Program-made: the position numbers and the translations under genes | Source: Candidatus Levyibacteriota bacterium | Lineage (GTDB): Bacteria > Patescibacteriota > Microgenomatia > Levybacterales > UBA12049 | Assembly (NCBI GenBank): GCA_027459725.1 | Contig: DAIDHK010000004.1 | Span: 7,050 to 71,049 of the forward strand | Length of the DNA: 64,000 nt | Direction of reading: 5' to 3' | Notes under the pieces: model-generated | The model's database searches: none | Seen by the model: the letters and a program-made list of their open reading frames with translations, nothing else | What the model was told of the DNA's origin: nothing | Shown here: positions 49,580 through 59,767 of the stretch, one piece after another | Position numbering within the stretch: position 1 is the stretch's first letter | How the letters are laid out: every line of letters begins with the position of its first letter

Positions 49580-50257
49580 TTATAAAAGCTTACCAAAAGA
49601 ACCATCAACCGTTAATCTTACTCTATTCTTTACATGAGCAATACCGTCATCTTTTTTCGAATTTGTGACTGCTTTAAGAGCTTTTTGCCTGGAGGGATAT
49701 AATGTTGCAATTATGCTCTCGATATAGGTTTCGCGTGAAGCTTCACTTGCTAATCTTATATACATTGCTTTATTATTGTCACTAGGCTCCACAGTAATTA
49801 CAGTATTATAAAAATCACTTGCTAATGTATGCATAGTTTCTCTATATCTACCGGAAACCGGCTGATCTCCTACAAATACGATTGAGCCGAGTTCTAAGAC
49901 TCTATTTCTAAAATTGTAAGTTGGCTTATAGACGGAATAGTCTAATTTCAACGCACGCATGTTTTCTGCAAATTCATTAAAACCATCCAGATATTCTTGA
50001 GGGTTGACGTCACCAAAGATATATGGGAACAACCTGCAGGCATATATAACTTTAGACCCAAAATATCTAGTTTGATCAACAATCGAGTTAGTCCAGTAAA
50101 GATGTCTATTTATTTTATTAAAATAATCCGGCCAAACAGCATTACACATCTGGTTAACGTTCTCACTTAAACCTGGATTAAGTGCTCTTCCATCTGGGCC
50201 ATACAACATGTCTGCTCTACGAGAAGGCATCGATTCACTGATTATTGTTTCAGGCAT
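49580..50257 (-). CDS. Hypothetical protein
   Basis: 225-aa ORF with no recognised motif. Confidence 0.55.
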   Translation of the reverse strand: MPETIISESMPSRRADMLYGPDGRALNPGLSENVNQMCNAVWPDYFNKINRHLYWTNSIVDQTRYFGSKVIYACRLFPYIFGDVNPQEYLDGFNEFAENMRALKLDYSVYKPTYNFRNRVLELGSIVFVGDQPVSGRYRETMHTLASDFYNTVITVEPSDNNKAMYIRLASEASRETYIESIIATLYPSRQKALKAVTNSKKDDGIAHVKNRVRLTVDGSFGKLL

Positions 50258-50287
50258 AAACTCCTACTATAAGATATTTTCATCGAT

Positions 50288-51469
50288 ATGTCAAATGTTA
50301 TAATAAGTTGCATGAAGAAACTTCTGATTACACTCTTTTTTTTAATTATTTGTATCACTTTCTCTCCAAAGCCAGTATTCGCAATCGAGAATCCCCTAGC
50401 CGTTCCCAATAATAAAATCGGAATCCACATTCTCTTTCCCTCTGAAGTCGATAACGCTGCGGGATTGGTAAACAGCAATGGTGGTGACTGGGGATATGTT
50501 ACTATTCCTATTCAGTCAGATGACAAAGATCTGGTAAAGTGGCAAAATTTTATGGATGAGTGTAAGAAAGACCATATAATTCCGATTATTAGGCTGGCTA
50601 CTACTGGAGATTATTTTAATACACAAGATTGGAGTAAACCTAACTATAACGATATTATAGATTTTGCCAACTTTCTCAACTCGCTCAACTGGCCCACCCG
50701 CAACAGATACGTAATTATCTATAACGAAGTAAACCGGGCAGATGAATGGGGAGGCTCTGTTGATCCTGCAGGCTATGCTCAACTACTGGAATATGCAATT
50801 AAAGAGTTTAAATTCGTAAATCCAGATTTTTTTATCATCAGTGCGGGCATGGACAATGCAGCTCCTACCCAGGGTAATCAATATATGAACGAATACCAGT
50901 ATTATGAGGCTATGGCTCAAGCAGTCCCCAATATCTTTTCAGAGATAGACGGATTTTCAAGCCATTCATACCCCAATCCTGGCTTTATTCAACCCCCAAC
51001 TGTAGATACTCCCGAAAGCATATACAGTTATAAATATGAACAAAATTTACTTCAGCAACTTGGAGGTAAAAAATTACCTGTCTTTATCACAGAAACCGGT
51101 TGGGAAGATGATATTGTAAGCGACAATACAATTGTAAATTATTATCAACAAGCCTTTAATAATGCATGGAACGATCCTAGTATAGTAGCTATCACTCCGT
51201 TTTTACTTAATGCAGCCGCAGGACCTTTTCAACCTTTCTCTCTGATGAAGCCTGATGGAAGTCAAACAGAGGAATACAAATTTATTAAAAACCTACCCAA
51301 AACAAAAGGACAACCCGTGTTGAATAGCACACAGGTCTTAGCCGCGGCTACAACGAAAACTTTCAATCCCCCTACAAAATATTTCCCACCTCTTAAAAAC
51401 ACCTATCAACCAAAATTTATTTTGCCTGCATCGGTAAAAGCCTTGCTAAAATGGCTCTTAAAGGTTTAA
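50288..51469 (+). CDS. Exported clan GH-A glycoside hydrolase
   Basis: Signal peptide, YNEVN acid/base, HSYP and ITETGW nucleophile. Confidence 0.75.
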   Translation: MSNVIISCMKKLLITLFFLIICITFSPKPVFAIENPLAVPNNKIGIHILFPSEVDNAAGLVNSNGGDWGYVTIPIQSDDKDLVKWQNFMDECKKDHIIPIIRLATTGDYFNTQDWSKPNYNDIIDFANFLNSLNWPTRNRYVIIYNEVNRADEWGGSVDPAGYAQLLEYAIKEFKFVNPDFFIISAGMDNAAPTQGNQYMNEYQYYEAMAQAVPNIFSEIDGFSSHSYPNPGFIQPPTVDTPESIYSYKYEQNLLQQLGGKKLPVFITETGWEDDIVSDNTIVNYYQQAFNNAWNDPSIVAITPFLLNAAAGPFQPFSLMKPDGSQTEEYKFIKNLPKTKGQPVLNSTQVLAAATTKTFNPPTKYFPPLKNTYQPKFILPASVKALLKWLLKV

Positions 51470-51555
51470 TATCATATCTTAAATGCAAAAACATTATTAT
51501 TTATTTTTAAATGTAAGTATTTTTATAATTCAAATAATAGTTAATAAGATATTAT

Positions 51556-51939
51556 ATGGAATGGGAAAACGCTGAAGATATTAAATATAAGCTGGAGAAT
51601 ATCCTAAAAATCCTTGATTTTAAGCATATTAATCTAAATCGTGTATTTTGTTACCGCACTTATGGATCAAAATCACGCGCATATGCCAGAACCTGGGCAT
51701 TCCCTAAAGTATTTCAACAGGCGTTAAATATCGAGGCAGCATATGTAATTGAAGTACTTTCTCAATATTTTGATCGTCTTGATGAAGATAAAAAAACTAA
51801 AGTTCTTATCCACGAACTTTTACATATACCCAAAAACTTTTCTGGAGCCCTAGTGCCTCATAGAACCAGGCATCAAAACATCGGTCAAGCAGTAAGCAAA
51901 CTATACAAAGAATACAAACGTAAAACAAAGGAGATATAA
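51556..51939 (+). CDS. Putative metallopeptidase
   Basis: A.AR.W and VLIHELLHIP (HExxH). Confidence 0.8.
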   Translation: MEWENAEDIKYKLENILKILDFKHINLNRVFCYRTYGSKSRAYARTWAFPKVFQQALNIEAAYVIEVLSQYFDRLDEDKKTKVLIHELLHIPKNFSGALVPHRTRHQNIGQAVSKLYKEYKRKTKEI

Positions 51940-51978
51940 GACCTAAATTATATTTAATAATAATCAATTGTATTTTAT

Positions 51979-52665
51979 ATGTTAACAATTATTCATGGAG
52001 ATAATTTAAAAGATTCACGCAACTTTTATTTACAGCTCAAAGAAAAAGTTATTGACTCAATCACTTTGCAAGGAGATAAGATAAACATTACAGACTTAAC
52101 AGAAGCTGTAGAAGGTAATGGACTGTTCGTTGAGAATAAAGACGTGTTCATAGAGAATTTATTTAGTAAACGCAAGATCGGAAAAGAATTAGAGGCTTTA
52201 ATAGAATTTTTAAAAAACCATTTAAAAAGTAACATTGTATTATGGGAACAAAAACAACTCACCAAGCCACAACAAAAAAAGTTAGTAGGAGCACTAATGA
52301 AAGAATATTCTTACCCTCAGACTCTCTTTCAACTCTTGGATGAATTAGTTCCACTCAATAGTAAAAAAGTAATTTCACTTTATCACCAAACATTACTACA
52401 CGTCGAACCAGAAATTATTTTATTCATGATTACAAAACAAGTTCGTCTTCTCTTAGCGCTAAAAGAGAGTTCAGATAGTAATATATCAGAATTAAATGTT
52501 ATGCAGTGGCAGAAACCCAAGCTTTTAAGACAAAGTAAGCTATTTAACAAAGAACACTTATTATCCATGCATGAACAACTGTTTAATTTTGACTGGCAAT
52601 ATAAGACCGGCAATCTTACACAACCCTTACCTGATACACTTGACTTTTTTTTAGCTGAGATTTAA
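51979..52665 (+). CDS. holA: DNA polymerase III delta subunit-like (short form)
   Basis: IIHGD, GLF, LFQLLD, QVRLLL and D...KTG. Confidence 0.7.
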   Translation: MLTIIHGDNLKDSRNFYLQLKEKVIDSITLQGDKINITDLTEAVEGNGLFVENKDVFIENLFSKRKIGKELEALIEFLKNHLKSNIVLWEQKQLTKPQQKKLVGALMKEYSYPQTLFQLLDELVPLNSKKVISLYHQTLLHVEPEIILFMITKQVRLLLALKESSDSNISELNVMQWQKPKLLRQSKLFNKEHLLSMHEQLFNFDWQYKTGNLTQPLPDTLDFFLAEI

Positions 52666-52669
52666 TATT

Positions 52670-54034
52670 TTGGGTATGGTTATTAACCCATCTATATTTA
52701 AATCATATGATATCCGTGGAGTATATCCGAAAGATTTTAATGAGGAGATCGCATACCAGGTAGCACAAGCGTATGTTATTTTATATTCTCCTAAAGTTGT
52801 TGTTTTGGGTAGAGACGTACGGGAATCAGGTGATTCGCTTTTTAAATCAGCGTTAAATGGATTTTTAGATGCAGGTGTAAACGTTATAGACATTGGCGTT
52901 GTTTCCACTGATGTTTTTTACTTTGCAGTTGGTGAACTTCCTGTTGATGGAGGTATAACCATATCTGCCTCACATAATCCCAGAGAGTGGAATGGAATGA
53001 ATATTTGTAAAAAAGGCGCAGAACCTATATCATCGCAAACGGGTCTATTTGATATCAGAGATCTTATAAATAAAGGCTTTGAGCCCATAAAGTCTTCAAC
53101 CAAAGGTTCTGTTGAAAATAAAGACATGCTAGACGATTTTTTGCAAAGTGTAGTTAAATTTGTAAACAGATCTCAGTTGAAACCGTTAAAGATTGTTGCC
53201 AATGCAAATTTCGGGGTTGATGTTATTATGCTTCAAAGAGCTGTAGAACTTTTTAACCTACCTTTGACAATAGTACCCCTTAATGAAAAACCTGATGGTA
53301 CTTTTCCTAAAGGGCCACCTAATCCTCTACTACCTGATAACAGAAAAGAGTTACTGGCTTTGATAGCTAAAGAGAATGCTGATATGGGAGTCTCCTGGGA
53401 CGCAGATGGAGACAGATGTTTTTTTGCAGATGAAAAAGGTAAATTTATTGAGGGCTATTTTATTACAGCGGTTCTGGCTGTAGAATTGTTAAAGAAAAAC
53501 CCTGGTGCTACAGTAATTATCGATCCACGTCTTACTTGGGCAACTACGGAAGCTATTACAAACGCTGGGGGAACACCATTTATCAGTAAACCCGGAATGA
53601 CAATTATTGCTGACAATATGAAGAAACAGGATGCAATTTTTGGCGGTGAAATGTCTTCTCATTTTTATTTCAAAGAAAATTATGGGCGTGATAATGGGAT
53701 GGTGCCATTCTTCTTAATTTGGGAAATGATGTCCAAATATCATAAAAAAATGTCAGAATTAGTTGAACCATATACTTCAAAATATTTTATATCCGGAGAA
53801 CTTAATTTTGAAACAGAAAATAAAGATAAGATCATTGATACGATCAAGAAAAAATATAGTGATGGAAAACAGGATTTTATAGATGGTTTGTCAGTCGAAT
53901 ATGATCAATGGAGATTTAATTTACGTAAATCCAATACTGAACCATTACTGCGTATTAATGTTGAAGCCAGATCAGAAGATGTTGTCCATCAAAAAACCAG
54001 AGAGCTTGTAGATCTAGTAAAATCATTAGCTTAA
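52670..54034 (+). CDS. Phosphomannomutase/phosphoglucomutase
   Basis: FKSYDIRG, SASHNP, DADGDR, GEMSSH and R.SNTEP motifs. Confidence 0.93.
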   Translation: MGMVINPSIFKSYDIRGVYPKDFNEEIAYQVAQAYVILYSPKVVVLGRDVRESGDSLFKSALNGFLDAGVNVIDIGVVSTDVFYFAVGELPVDGGITISASHNPREWNGMNICKKGAEPISSQTGLFDIRDLINKGFEPIKSSTKGSVENKDMLDDFLQSVVKFVNRSQLKPLKIVANANFGVDVIMLQRAVELFNLPLTIVPLNEKPDGTFPKGPPNPLLPDNRKELLALIAKENADMGVSWDADGDRCFFADEKGKFIEGYFITAVLAVELLKKNPGATVIIDPRLTWATTEAITNAGGTPFISKPGMTIIADNMKKQDAIFGGEMSSHFYFKENYGRDNGMVPFFLIWEMMSKYHKKMSELVEPYTSKYFISGELNFETENKDKIIDTIKKKYSDGKQDFIDGLSVEYDQWRFNLRKSNTEPLLRINVEARSEDVVHQKTRELVDLVKSLA

Positions 54035-54212
54035 CTAAGTAGAATTCATTTTTTTATTAGTATATTTTAATATATATTTTCATGATATTACTCCAGATAA
54101 GATCGCTACTTTCTTTAGTCATACATCAGGAATAATAACTATTATATATAGTAAGCCTAAAATATACTTGAAAACTACTATTAATAAGAGTAAAGTAAAA
54201 ATATTAAATTTT

Positions 54213-54650
54213 ATGTTTGATTTAAATAAGATTGATAAGACTAACTTTTCAAACGACTCCTATATACGAAAAGTTGACAAGCCTTGGGGTTATGAGCTAC
54301 ATTGGGTTCCTGAAAATGTCCCTTACATGGGTAAAATTATTCATATATATAAAGGAAGACGATTAAGCTTGCAGGTACATGATAAAAAACAAGAGAGTTG
54401 GTTAATTATGCATGGACAAGCGAAAGTCGTTTGGGAAAACTCCAAGGGTGAGTTAATTGAAACTGAACTCCAACCAGCAGTTGGATACACTTGTTCTCTA
54501 GGACAAAAGCACCGTTTAGTAGGCATAACTGATTGTGATGTAATAGAAGTGTCTACTCCTGAAATTGGCACTACTTTTCGTTTAGAGGATGACTACAAAC
54601 GTCCGGATGAAACAGAAGAACAACGAAAAAAAGAAAGACATGAGATATGA
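54213..54650 (+). CDS. Cupin domain protein (type II mannose-6-phosphate isomerase-like)
   Basis: KPWG.E, LSLQ.H..K.E, HRL and EVSTPE...T.R.EDDY. Start set to ATG 54213. Confidence 0.8.
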   Translation: MFDLNKIDKTNFSNDSYIRKVDKPWGYELHWVPENVPYMGKIIHIYKGRRLSLQVHDKKQESWLIMHGQAKVVWENSKGELIETELQPAVGYTCSLGQKHRLVGITDCDVIEVSTPEIGTTFRLEDDYKRPDETEEQRKKERHEI

Positions 54651-54683
54651 AAATCAAATCTATTAATTTTACTTTAGATATTT

Positions 54684-55157
54684 TTATCTACTAATACTAA
54701 TAACATCTCCCTGAACTTCCGGTGTTGCTGAAACAGTAACTCTATTACCAGCTGATACTGAGACTGTATATCCTGTGTCGTAGTTTGTACATGTTGTAAT
54801 GTCTTTACCGTTATTTATTGAAGGATCTTCAGGCAGAGATGCTAAATACTTTGGCACAAGACTGGTACAAATATCAGCTCCTGTATTTGAGATCTCAGTA
54901 GCAGTCATATTAGTAGTCATTCCAGGAGGAAGTGCCCCATTATTATCTTCCTGATATTGACCAATGGCTGCGAATATCTCATTAATATCGTTTTGTCTTT
55001 TATTGTCATTTGCCATTTCAAATTGTCTAAGAGGATTAACTGCCACCAAAACAATACCAGTCAATATTGCAAAGATTCCTATAACAATTGATAGCTCAAT
55101 AATTGTAAAGCCTTTATCTACTCGTATTCCTGAAATATTAATAGTTAGAAATGACAT
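54684..55157 (-). CDS. Type IV pilin (major-pilin-like)
   Basis: KGFTIIELSIVIGI prepilin motif, NP..Q and YL..LP.DP. Confidence 0.88.
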   Translation of the reverse strand: MSFLTINISGIRVDKGFTIIELSIVIGIFAILTGIVLVAVNPLRQFEMANDNKRQNDINEIFAAIGQYQEDNNGALPPGMTTNMTATEISNTGADICTSLVPKYLASLPEDPSINNGKDITTCTNYDTGYTVSVSAGNRVTVSATPEVQGDVISISR

Positions 55158-55196
55158 CTGTATTACTTATTTTTTTAATACCGAATATTTTAAAAA

Positions 55197-56357
55197 TTAC
55201 TGCAATAATACCAATACATTGACAGATAATTGACTATTTGACTCCAAAATAACATTTGGCTCTACCTGCTGAATTTGTGATAAAATCCTTTGCCGCGAAG
55301 CTGCTGAAAGCTTATCATCAACCAAGACAAGATTTTGCTTATTGGAAGAACTGCTGATTTGCTGGCTGTTTACGTTTCTAATCCCGAAATTGCTCAAATT
55401 TGTTACAATTTGAGCTGCTTGTGAAGCATAATTAGTTGTATACTGTACTGAAACGGTTAATGCTTGTTCTTGCGCTGTTGCCGTAAATGCAGTGGCTGGT
55501 TGGCCGGATGGCAAAGCAGTTTGAGGAGTAACTGTCGCGCTGATATTGTTTGCTTGCAGTTCTTGCTTTAATTTAGCCTGGGCCCTTGCCTTTGCTAATG
55601 TATCACTTCTATTATTCTGGATCGTCTGTTGAACAACTATAAAGACAAAAACCAGTATTAATACAAAGAATACTCCTAACATAGCGTACATTCGTATTTT
55701 ATTTGGTTTAGAAGACTTTTGGACATCGCTTGATTGACGATCTGCTTCTTCCCTAGTATTGTCTAAATGACTTTTGGATTCGCTTGTCTTTACTGGGACT
55801 TCAATATAATCATGGTCAAGAGGCATTGTCCACATTCGAATGCTATTCAGCTTTTCAATCAGCAACCTCGCATATTCTTTAGAAAGTCCTTTTTCCAAAT
55901 TGAACTCTTTACCTAATAAAAAAGTTGGTACACACACCTCAATCTGACTACTAACTTTAAACGCATGCGTGAATACATCAATAAAATCTTGATTAGTAGC
56001 TGCCACAATTATCTTCCTGTCCAATCTATAAACTTTACTAAGTACATGTTCAAAAGGTACCATGTCAAGAAAAAGTTTTACTTCTTCAGCTTCCGAAGAA
56101 TCTGGCGCAATTAGGTTAATTTCTTTACAAAATAACATTCTGTCTGAAAGAATCAAAAGAATAGAAGAAGGAGGCAACTTATAATTTGTAATAAAACTTG
56201 TTAGCTGTCCTATCAATTTATCTATAGATAATACATCCATATGCCCTACTGTATCAGTAGTAAATGTAAATCTTAGAGGTGTTTGAAAATGTAAGGCATA
56301 GTAGTCAAAATACTGTGTGTCCAGATATATTACGGCAAAAGTTTTGTTTTCCGGCAT
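55197..56357 (-). CDS. Pilus-associated bitopic membrane protein (PilM/PilN-like N-terminus, LytR-C-like C-terminus)
   Basis: Lies in the pilin operon; single central TM. Start set to ATG 56357. Confidence 0.5.
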   Translation of the reverse strand: MPENKTFAVIYLDTQYFDYYALHFQTPLRFTFTTDTVGHMDVLSIDKLIGQLTSFITNYKLPPSSILLILSDRMLFCKEINLIAPDSSEAEEVKLFLDMVPFEHVLSKVYRLDRKIIVAATNQDFIDVFTHAFKVSSQIEVCVPTFLLGKEFNLEKGLSKEYARLLIEKLNSIRMWTMPLDHDYIEVPVKTSESKSHLDNTREEADRQSSDVQKSSKPNKIRMYAMLGVFFVLILVFVFIVVQQTIQNNRSDTLAKARAQAKLKQELQANNISATVTPQTALPSGQPATAFTATAQEQALTVSVQYTTNYASQAAQIVTNLSNFGIRNVNSQQISSSSNKQNLVLVDDKLSAASRQRILSQIQQVEPNVILESNSQLSVNVLVLLQ

Positions 56358-56358
56358 A

Positions 56359-56739
56359 CTATAATTCCTTCCAGGAAGATACACTCATAACATCATTCGT
56401 ATCGTTAGCTACAACCTGAATAGTACTATGAAATGAATCAAGAGTAGCGGTAGATGTAATCGTGTATACCCCTCCATTACTTGTCACTTGTACTATGGTT
56501 GATCCACCATTTAGTGACATCACCTCTCCAGTATAACTTGGATCTCTTAACAATCGCAACAATGCATTTTCAGCTCCTGTCTCAGCAATAGCCTTGCAGG
56601 CACCTGCTTGGGAAATTTGAGTAACATTTCTCGAATTCAACAAAATCACAATGATTGCGCCACTGGTTATGGTTACTGAAATAATAACAAAAAGTAATAA
56701 TGTAACCAATGCCTGTCCATTTTGTCTAATATTTTTCAT
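56359..56739 (-). CDS. Minor pilin, PilX/GspK-like
   Basis: GQALVTLL (no E5) and AETGAENALLRL. Confidence 0.8.
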   Translation of the reverse strand: MKNIRQNGQALVTLLLFVIISVTITSGAIIVILLNSRNVTQISQAGACKAIAETGAENALLRLLRDPSYTGEVMSLNGGSTIVQVTSNGGVYTITSTATLDSFHSTIQVVANDTNDVMSVSSWKEL

Positions 56740-56740
56740 A

Positions 56741-57262
56741 TCAACGTAAACTAACGGTTGTAGTAAAGTTCCTTAGTTCATAACCCGTATTCCTTTGTGT
56801 AGTGCTTTTAAGTTGAAAGCTCATTTGAATAGTATCTTTACCTGCTGGATTACCTATACGAGTAAAGGTAAGATTATTCAATGTAGTGTCTACACTATTT
56901 AACTGATTCGTACCATATGTATTGGTAACAATTAAATTGTCGTTAGAATCCAAAGAATAAGTATAGTCAGAACCTCCAATTTGGATGGTTAGATTATTAC
57001 TACCGCTGCCGTAACTGCTTGGAGCTATAACCGCTTGAGCTCGGGATATATCGTAACTTAACCTAGATAATATATATGCTCCATCCTGATCTACGCTTGA
57101 GGTAGCCTTGGATGTAAGCTGTGTATCTATCGCTGAAATAAAGATTTGCATCAGTACTATCATCAAAATGGAAAAAATCCCCATATATAACAGCATCTCG
57201 ACTAAAGTAAAACCTCTCTGACTTCTGAAAAAATTTTTTAACGCAAAAAATATCTTATTCAT
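56741..57262 (-). CDS. Minor pilin, PilW/GspJ-like
   Basis: RGFTLVEMLLY. Confidence 0.85.
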   Translation of the reverse strand: MNKIFFALKNFFRSQRGFTLVEMLLYMGIFSILMIVLMQIFISAIDTQLTSKATSSVDQDGAYILSRLSYDISRAQAVIAPSSYGSGSNNLTIQIGGSDYTYSLDSNDNLIVTNTYGTNQLNSVDTTLNNLTFTRIGNPAGKDTIQMSFQLKSTTQRNTGYELRNFTTTVSLR

Positions 57263-59256
57263 AACGAGTAGTTAGTTGAAACATCATAGACAACGGGTAA
57301 TTGAGTTAAACTAGTCGTGGACAACCAAAGCTTATAACGATAACATTGACCTGGATTAACGTAATTTGCACCATACGCTCCTACGGGAATGGCAGCCATA
57401 ATAGCTGAGGATGAGGAGGTGAAGTATTGAGTTGGATCACCATTAGGACCCACGTAAGTAAAAGATGACACATTATTACAACTTCCATTTACCGGGTTAG
57501 CCACACCCACCTGCATTTTTATTTGTGTTGATGGAGGTTGACTAATATCAGCTAGTACGCTGTTAAATGCTGCCTGAGCGCTTGCATCGAATGTATTTGA
57601 TTCATATGTTCCAGAATCAGAATAAGAACCCCCTACACCTCCTTCAATAATCTTAAATTGGTTTTGACTTTCGCCTGAAATTATATAAGAATAGGCATAA
57701 CCGTTAGACTGAAGTACAGTTGATACCCCAAAAACTCCCTGTGAAATCGACATTCCTCCGCATAAGATAGGATTAGACTCATTGGATGTATCTATTACCT
57801 GATATTGCTGAGAACCGCCGTTTCCCACAAGAATTGCTCTGTTAGCCGCGGCAATGGCCATGCCATCAGGATCAGTAGCGCCTGAATTATAGGTGCCTAT
57901 GATATTATAAAAATTAGGAAAAAACTGAGACCACCAAGAACCCTGATCAGGATAGGATGTATCAACTATAAAGAATCCATCCGGGAATAACGAACCAAGA
58001 CCTGTACCCTTATCAAAAGCTATATAAGCTCTGGTTCCATCACTGTTTACTGCTAAGCCTTCCGATGACTGATTCCAGGTAAAATTTGAAACTCCAACTA
58101 AAGACAATGTGGCACCATTATTTATAATTTTAAACTTTTGCAATCCAAACAATGTGTTAGCCGTCCCAACAAAGGCATATCCATTTGAAACGACAACTTG
58201 CTTGGCTAAAGGATCCGGACTAAAAAAACTAAAATACATTTTTACTGAAGTCAATGGAGTAGTGTGAGAACCGGTCTTTGTCGTTACATCAAATGTATAA
58301 AGTTCATTTGAACTGGTAACGTAGGCTGTATTATTGTAGACGTAAACTCCATTCGCAGCTACTCCGCTGGGCACTGAAATAGTACCGATTACATTATAGG
58401 GTGTAGTAGAGGTATCTAATATCAAAACTTGCTGGGATGATCCATCAGTAGCTAAATAGACATACCTGCCATCAGAAAAAATATCATTTGTCTTATAACT
58501 GCTGGAGTATGTGCCAACAATAGATGCTGAAGGAGTAGCCGGAGGTAATGGTTGTGTAATACTAACGTTTACAAAAGTTACACCATTAGTACCATCACCT
58601 GTACCCAGATAGGCCTCTCCTGGAAGAGCCATAATAGTATTAGCCTGTTTGGGCATGGTCAAAGTATTGATTAGAGAATCTTGAGGCTTGCACCAATCTG
58701 CATTTCCCCCATTACCAAGGGTGACCTCACCTCCGCTAGTATCTGTTACTGCGGTACCCAGCAAAGTTCCTGCATTAAAATCACTTACAGTAGTATCGAC
58801 TTTGGCATAATTATTTAAATATCTTGTCAGATAAAAAGTCTCAGAACTAGAAGAAGGATATGGATAATTCCACGACACGGTTGCTGTAATTGATTTAGTT
58901 GATGGGTCTATTGTCCCTCCTGAAGTAACAATATTACCTGTACTATCGCGGTAAACGTCTCCTATCACAACCTGTTGTGTAAAACCGTTTGTTGTAATAG
59001 AACCAGAAGACAATGCCCAGGTTGTACCAGCATTTTTAATATTATATGTTCCGTCAGTAGCTATTGCGGACCAACTTCCCTCACGAATACTACGCATTTC
59101 CTCTTCCATAGCCTGTAGCATGGTATATGCCTGAATGCGTTGTTCATTTTGCGCTCTTCCACTACTGGAAGCATAGGATCCAACCAGTAAAGCCGGCAAC
59201 AAAATAGCCGCCAATCCAATTGTTACTAACAATTCTACCAGGGTTTGTCCTCTCAT
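57259..59256 (-). CDS. Large pilin with C-terminal beta-propeller (LVIVD-like repeats)
   Basis: RGQTLVELLV and repeated G.Y.YV....L.I.D units. Confidence 0.75.
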   Translation of the reverse strand: MRGQTLVELLVTIGLAAILLPALLVGSYASSSGRAQNEQRIQAYTMLQAMEEEMRSIREGSWSAIATDGTYNIKNAGTTWALSSGSITTNGFTQQVVIGDVYRDSTGNIVTSGGTIDPSTKSITATVSWNYPYPSSSSETFYLTRYLNNYAKVDTTVSDFNAGTLLGTAVTDTSGGEVTLGNGGNADWCKPQDSLINTLTMPKQANTIMALPGEAYLGTGDGTNGVTFVNVSITQPLPPATPSASIVGTYSSSYKTNDIFSDGRYVYLATDGSSQQVLILDTSTTPYNVIGTISVPSGVAANGVYVYNNTAYVTSSNELYTFDVTTKTGSHTTPLTSVKMYFSFFSPDPLAKQVVVSNGYAFVGTANTLFGLQKFKIINNGATLSLVGVSNFTWNQSSEGLAVNSDGTRAYIAFDKGTGLGSLFPDGFFIVDTSYPDQGSWWSQFFPNFYNIIGTYNSGATDPDGMAIAAANRAILVGNGGSQQYQVIDTSNESNPILCGGMSISQGVFGVSTVLQSNGYAYSYIISGESQNQFKIIEGGVGGSYSDSGTYESNTFDASAQAAFNSVLADISQPPSTQIKMQVGVANPVNGSCNNVSSFTYVGPNGDPTQYFTSSSSAIMAAIPVGAYGANYVNPGQCYRYKLWLSTTSLTQLPVVYDVSTNYSL

Positions 59257-59259
59257 ATT

Positions 59260-59754
59260 TCAGTCACTCGTAATTACGCCTAAATAATTAAACTGCAAAA
59301 CTTTTTGCTCTTTGCCAACTGTATCAAACAAAGTCACTGAATTAGTCGAATTACTGTAACCAGATACCTCTCCATTTACAGGAATAAATATTAAGTCATC
59401 CTTATTAACTCCAGGTAAGGAAATGTTTGTAAACTGAAATTCAGGATCTAAATTAATTGTTTGATTATTAGGGTCAGATGGGTTATAGGTCGATCCGCTA
59501 AACAAAGTATAAGAGTTTGTGTCAAAATGGATTCCATAATAATTCGGCCCAGTTCCCAAACTATTTTCTCCAGCCATCGCCTCACTTTGCTGATTCTTAA
59601 TATCAGCTACCAGTGTTGACATGGCAGTTGAAAGACTTGCATTATGCTGTGCACCAATTAAATTTGTAGTAACAAAAGCAGAAATTGTTATAAATAGAAC
59701 TGCTACTACTACGAGTTCAATTATAGTAAATCCTTTTTGAGTATTTCTTGTCAT
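59260..59754 (-). CDS. Minor pilin, FimT/GspH-like
   Basis: KGFTIIELVVV, Q..AM and YGIHF. Confidence 0.85.
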   Translation of the reverse strand: MTRNTQKGFTIIELVVVAVLFITISAFVTTNLIGAQHNASLSTAMSTLVADIKNQQSEAMAGENSLGTGPNYYGIHFDTNSYTLFSGSTYNPSDPNNQTINLDPEFQFTNISLPGVNKDDLIFIPVNGEVSGYSNSTNSVTLFDTVGKEQKVLQFNYLGVITSD

Positions 59755-59767
59755 AAAAAGTTAAGGA

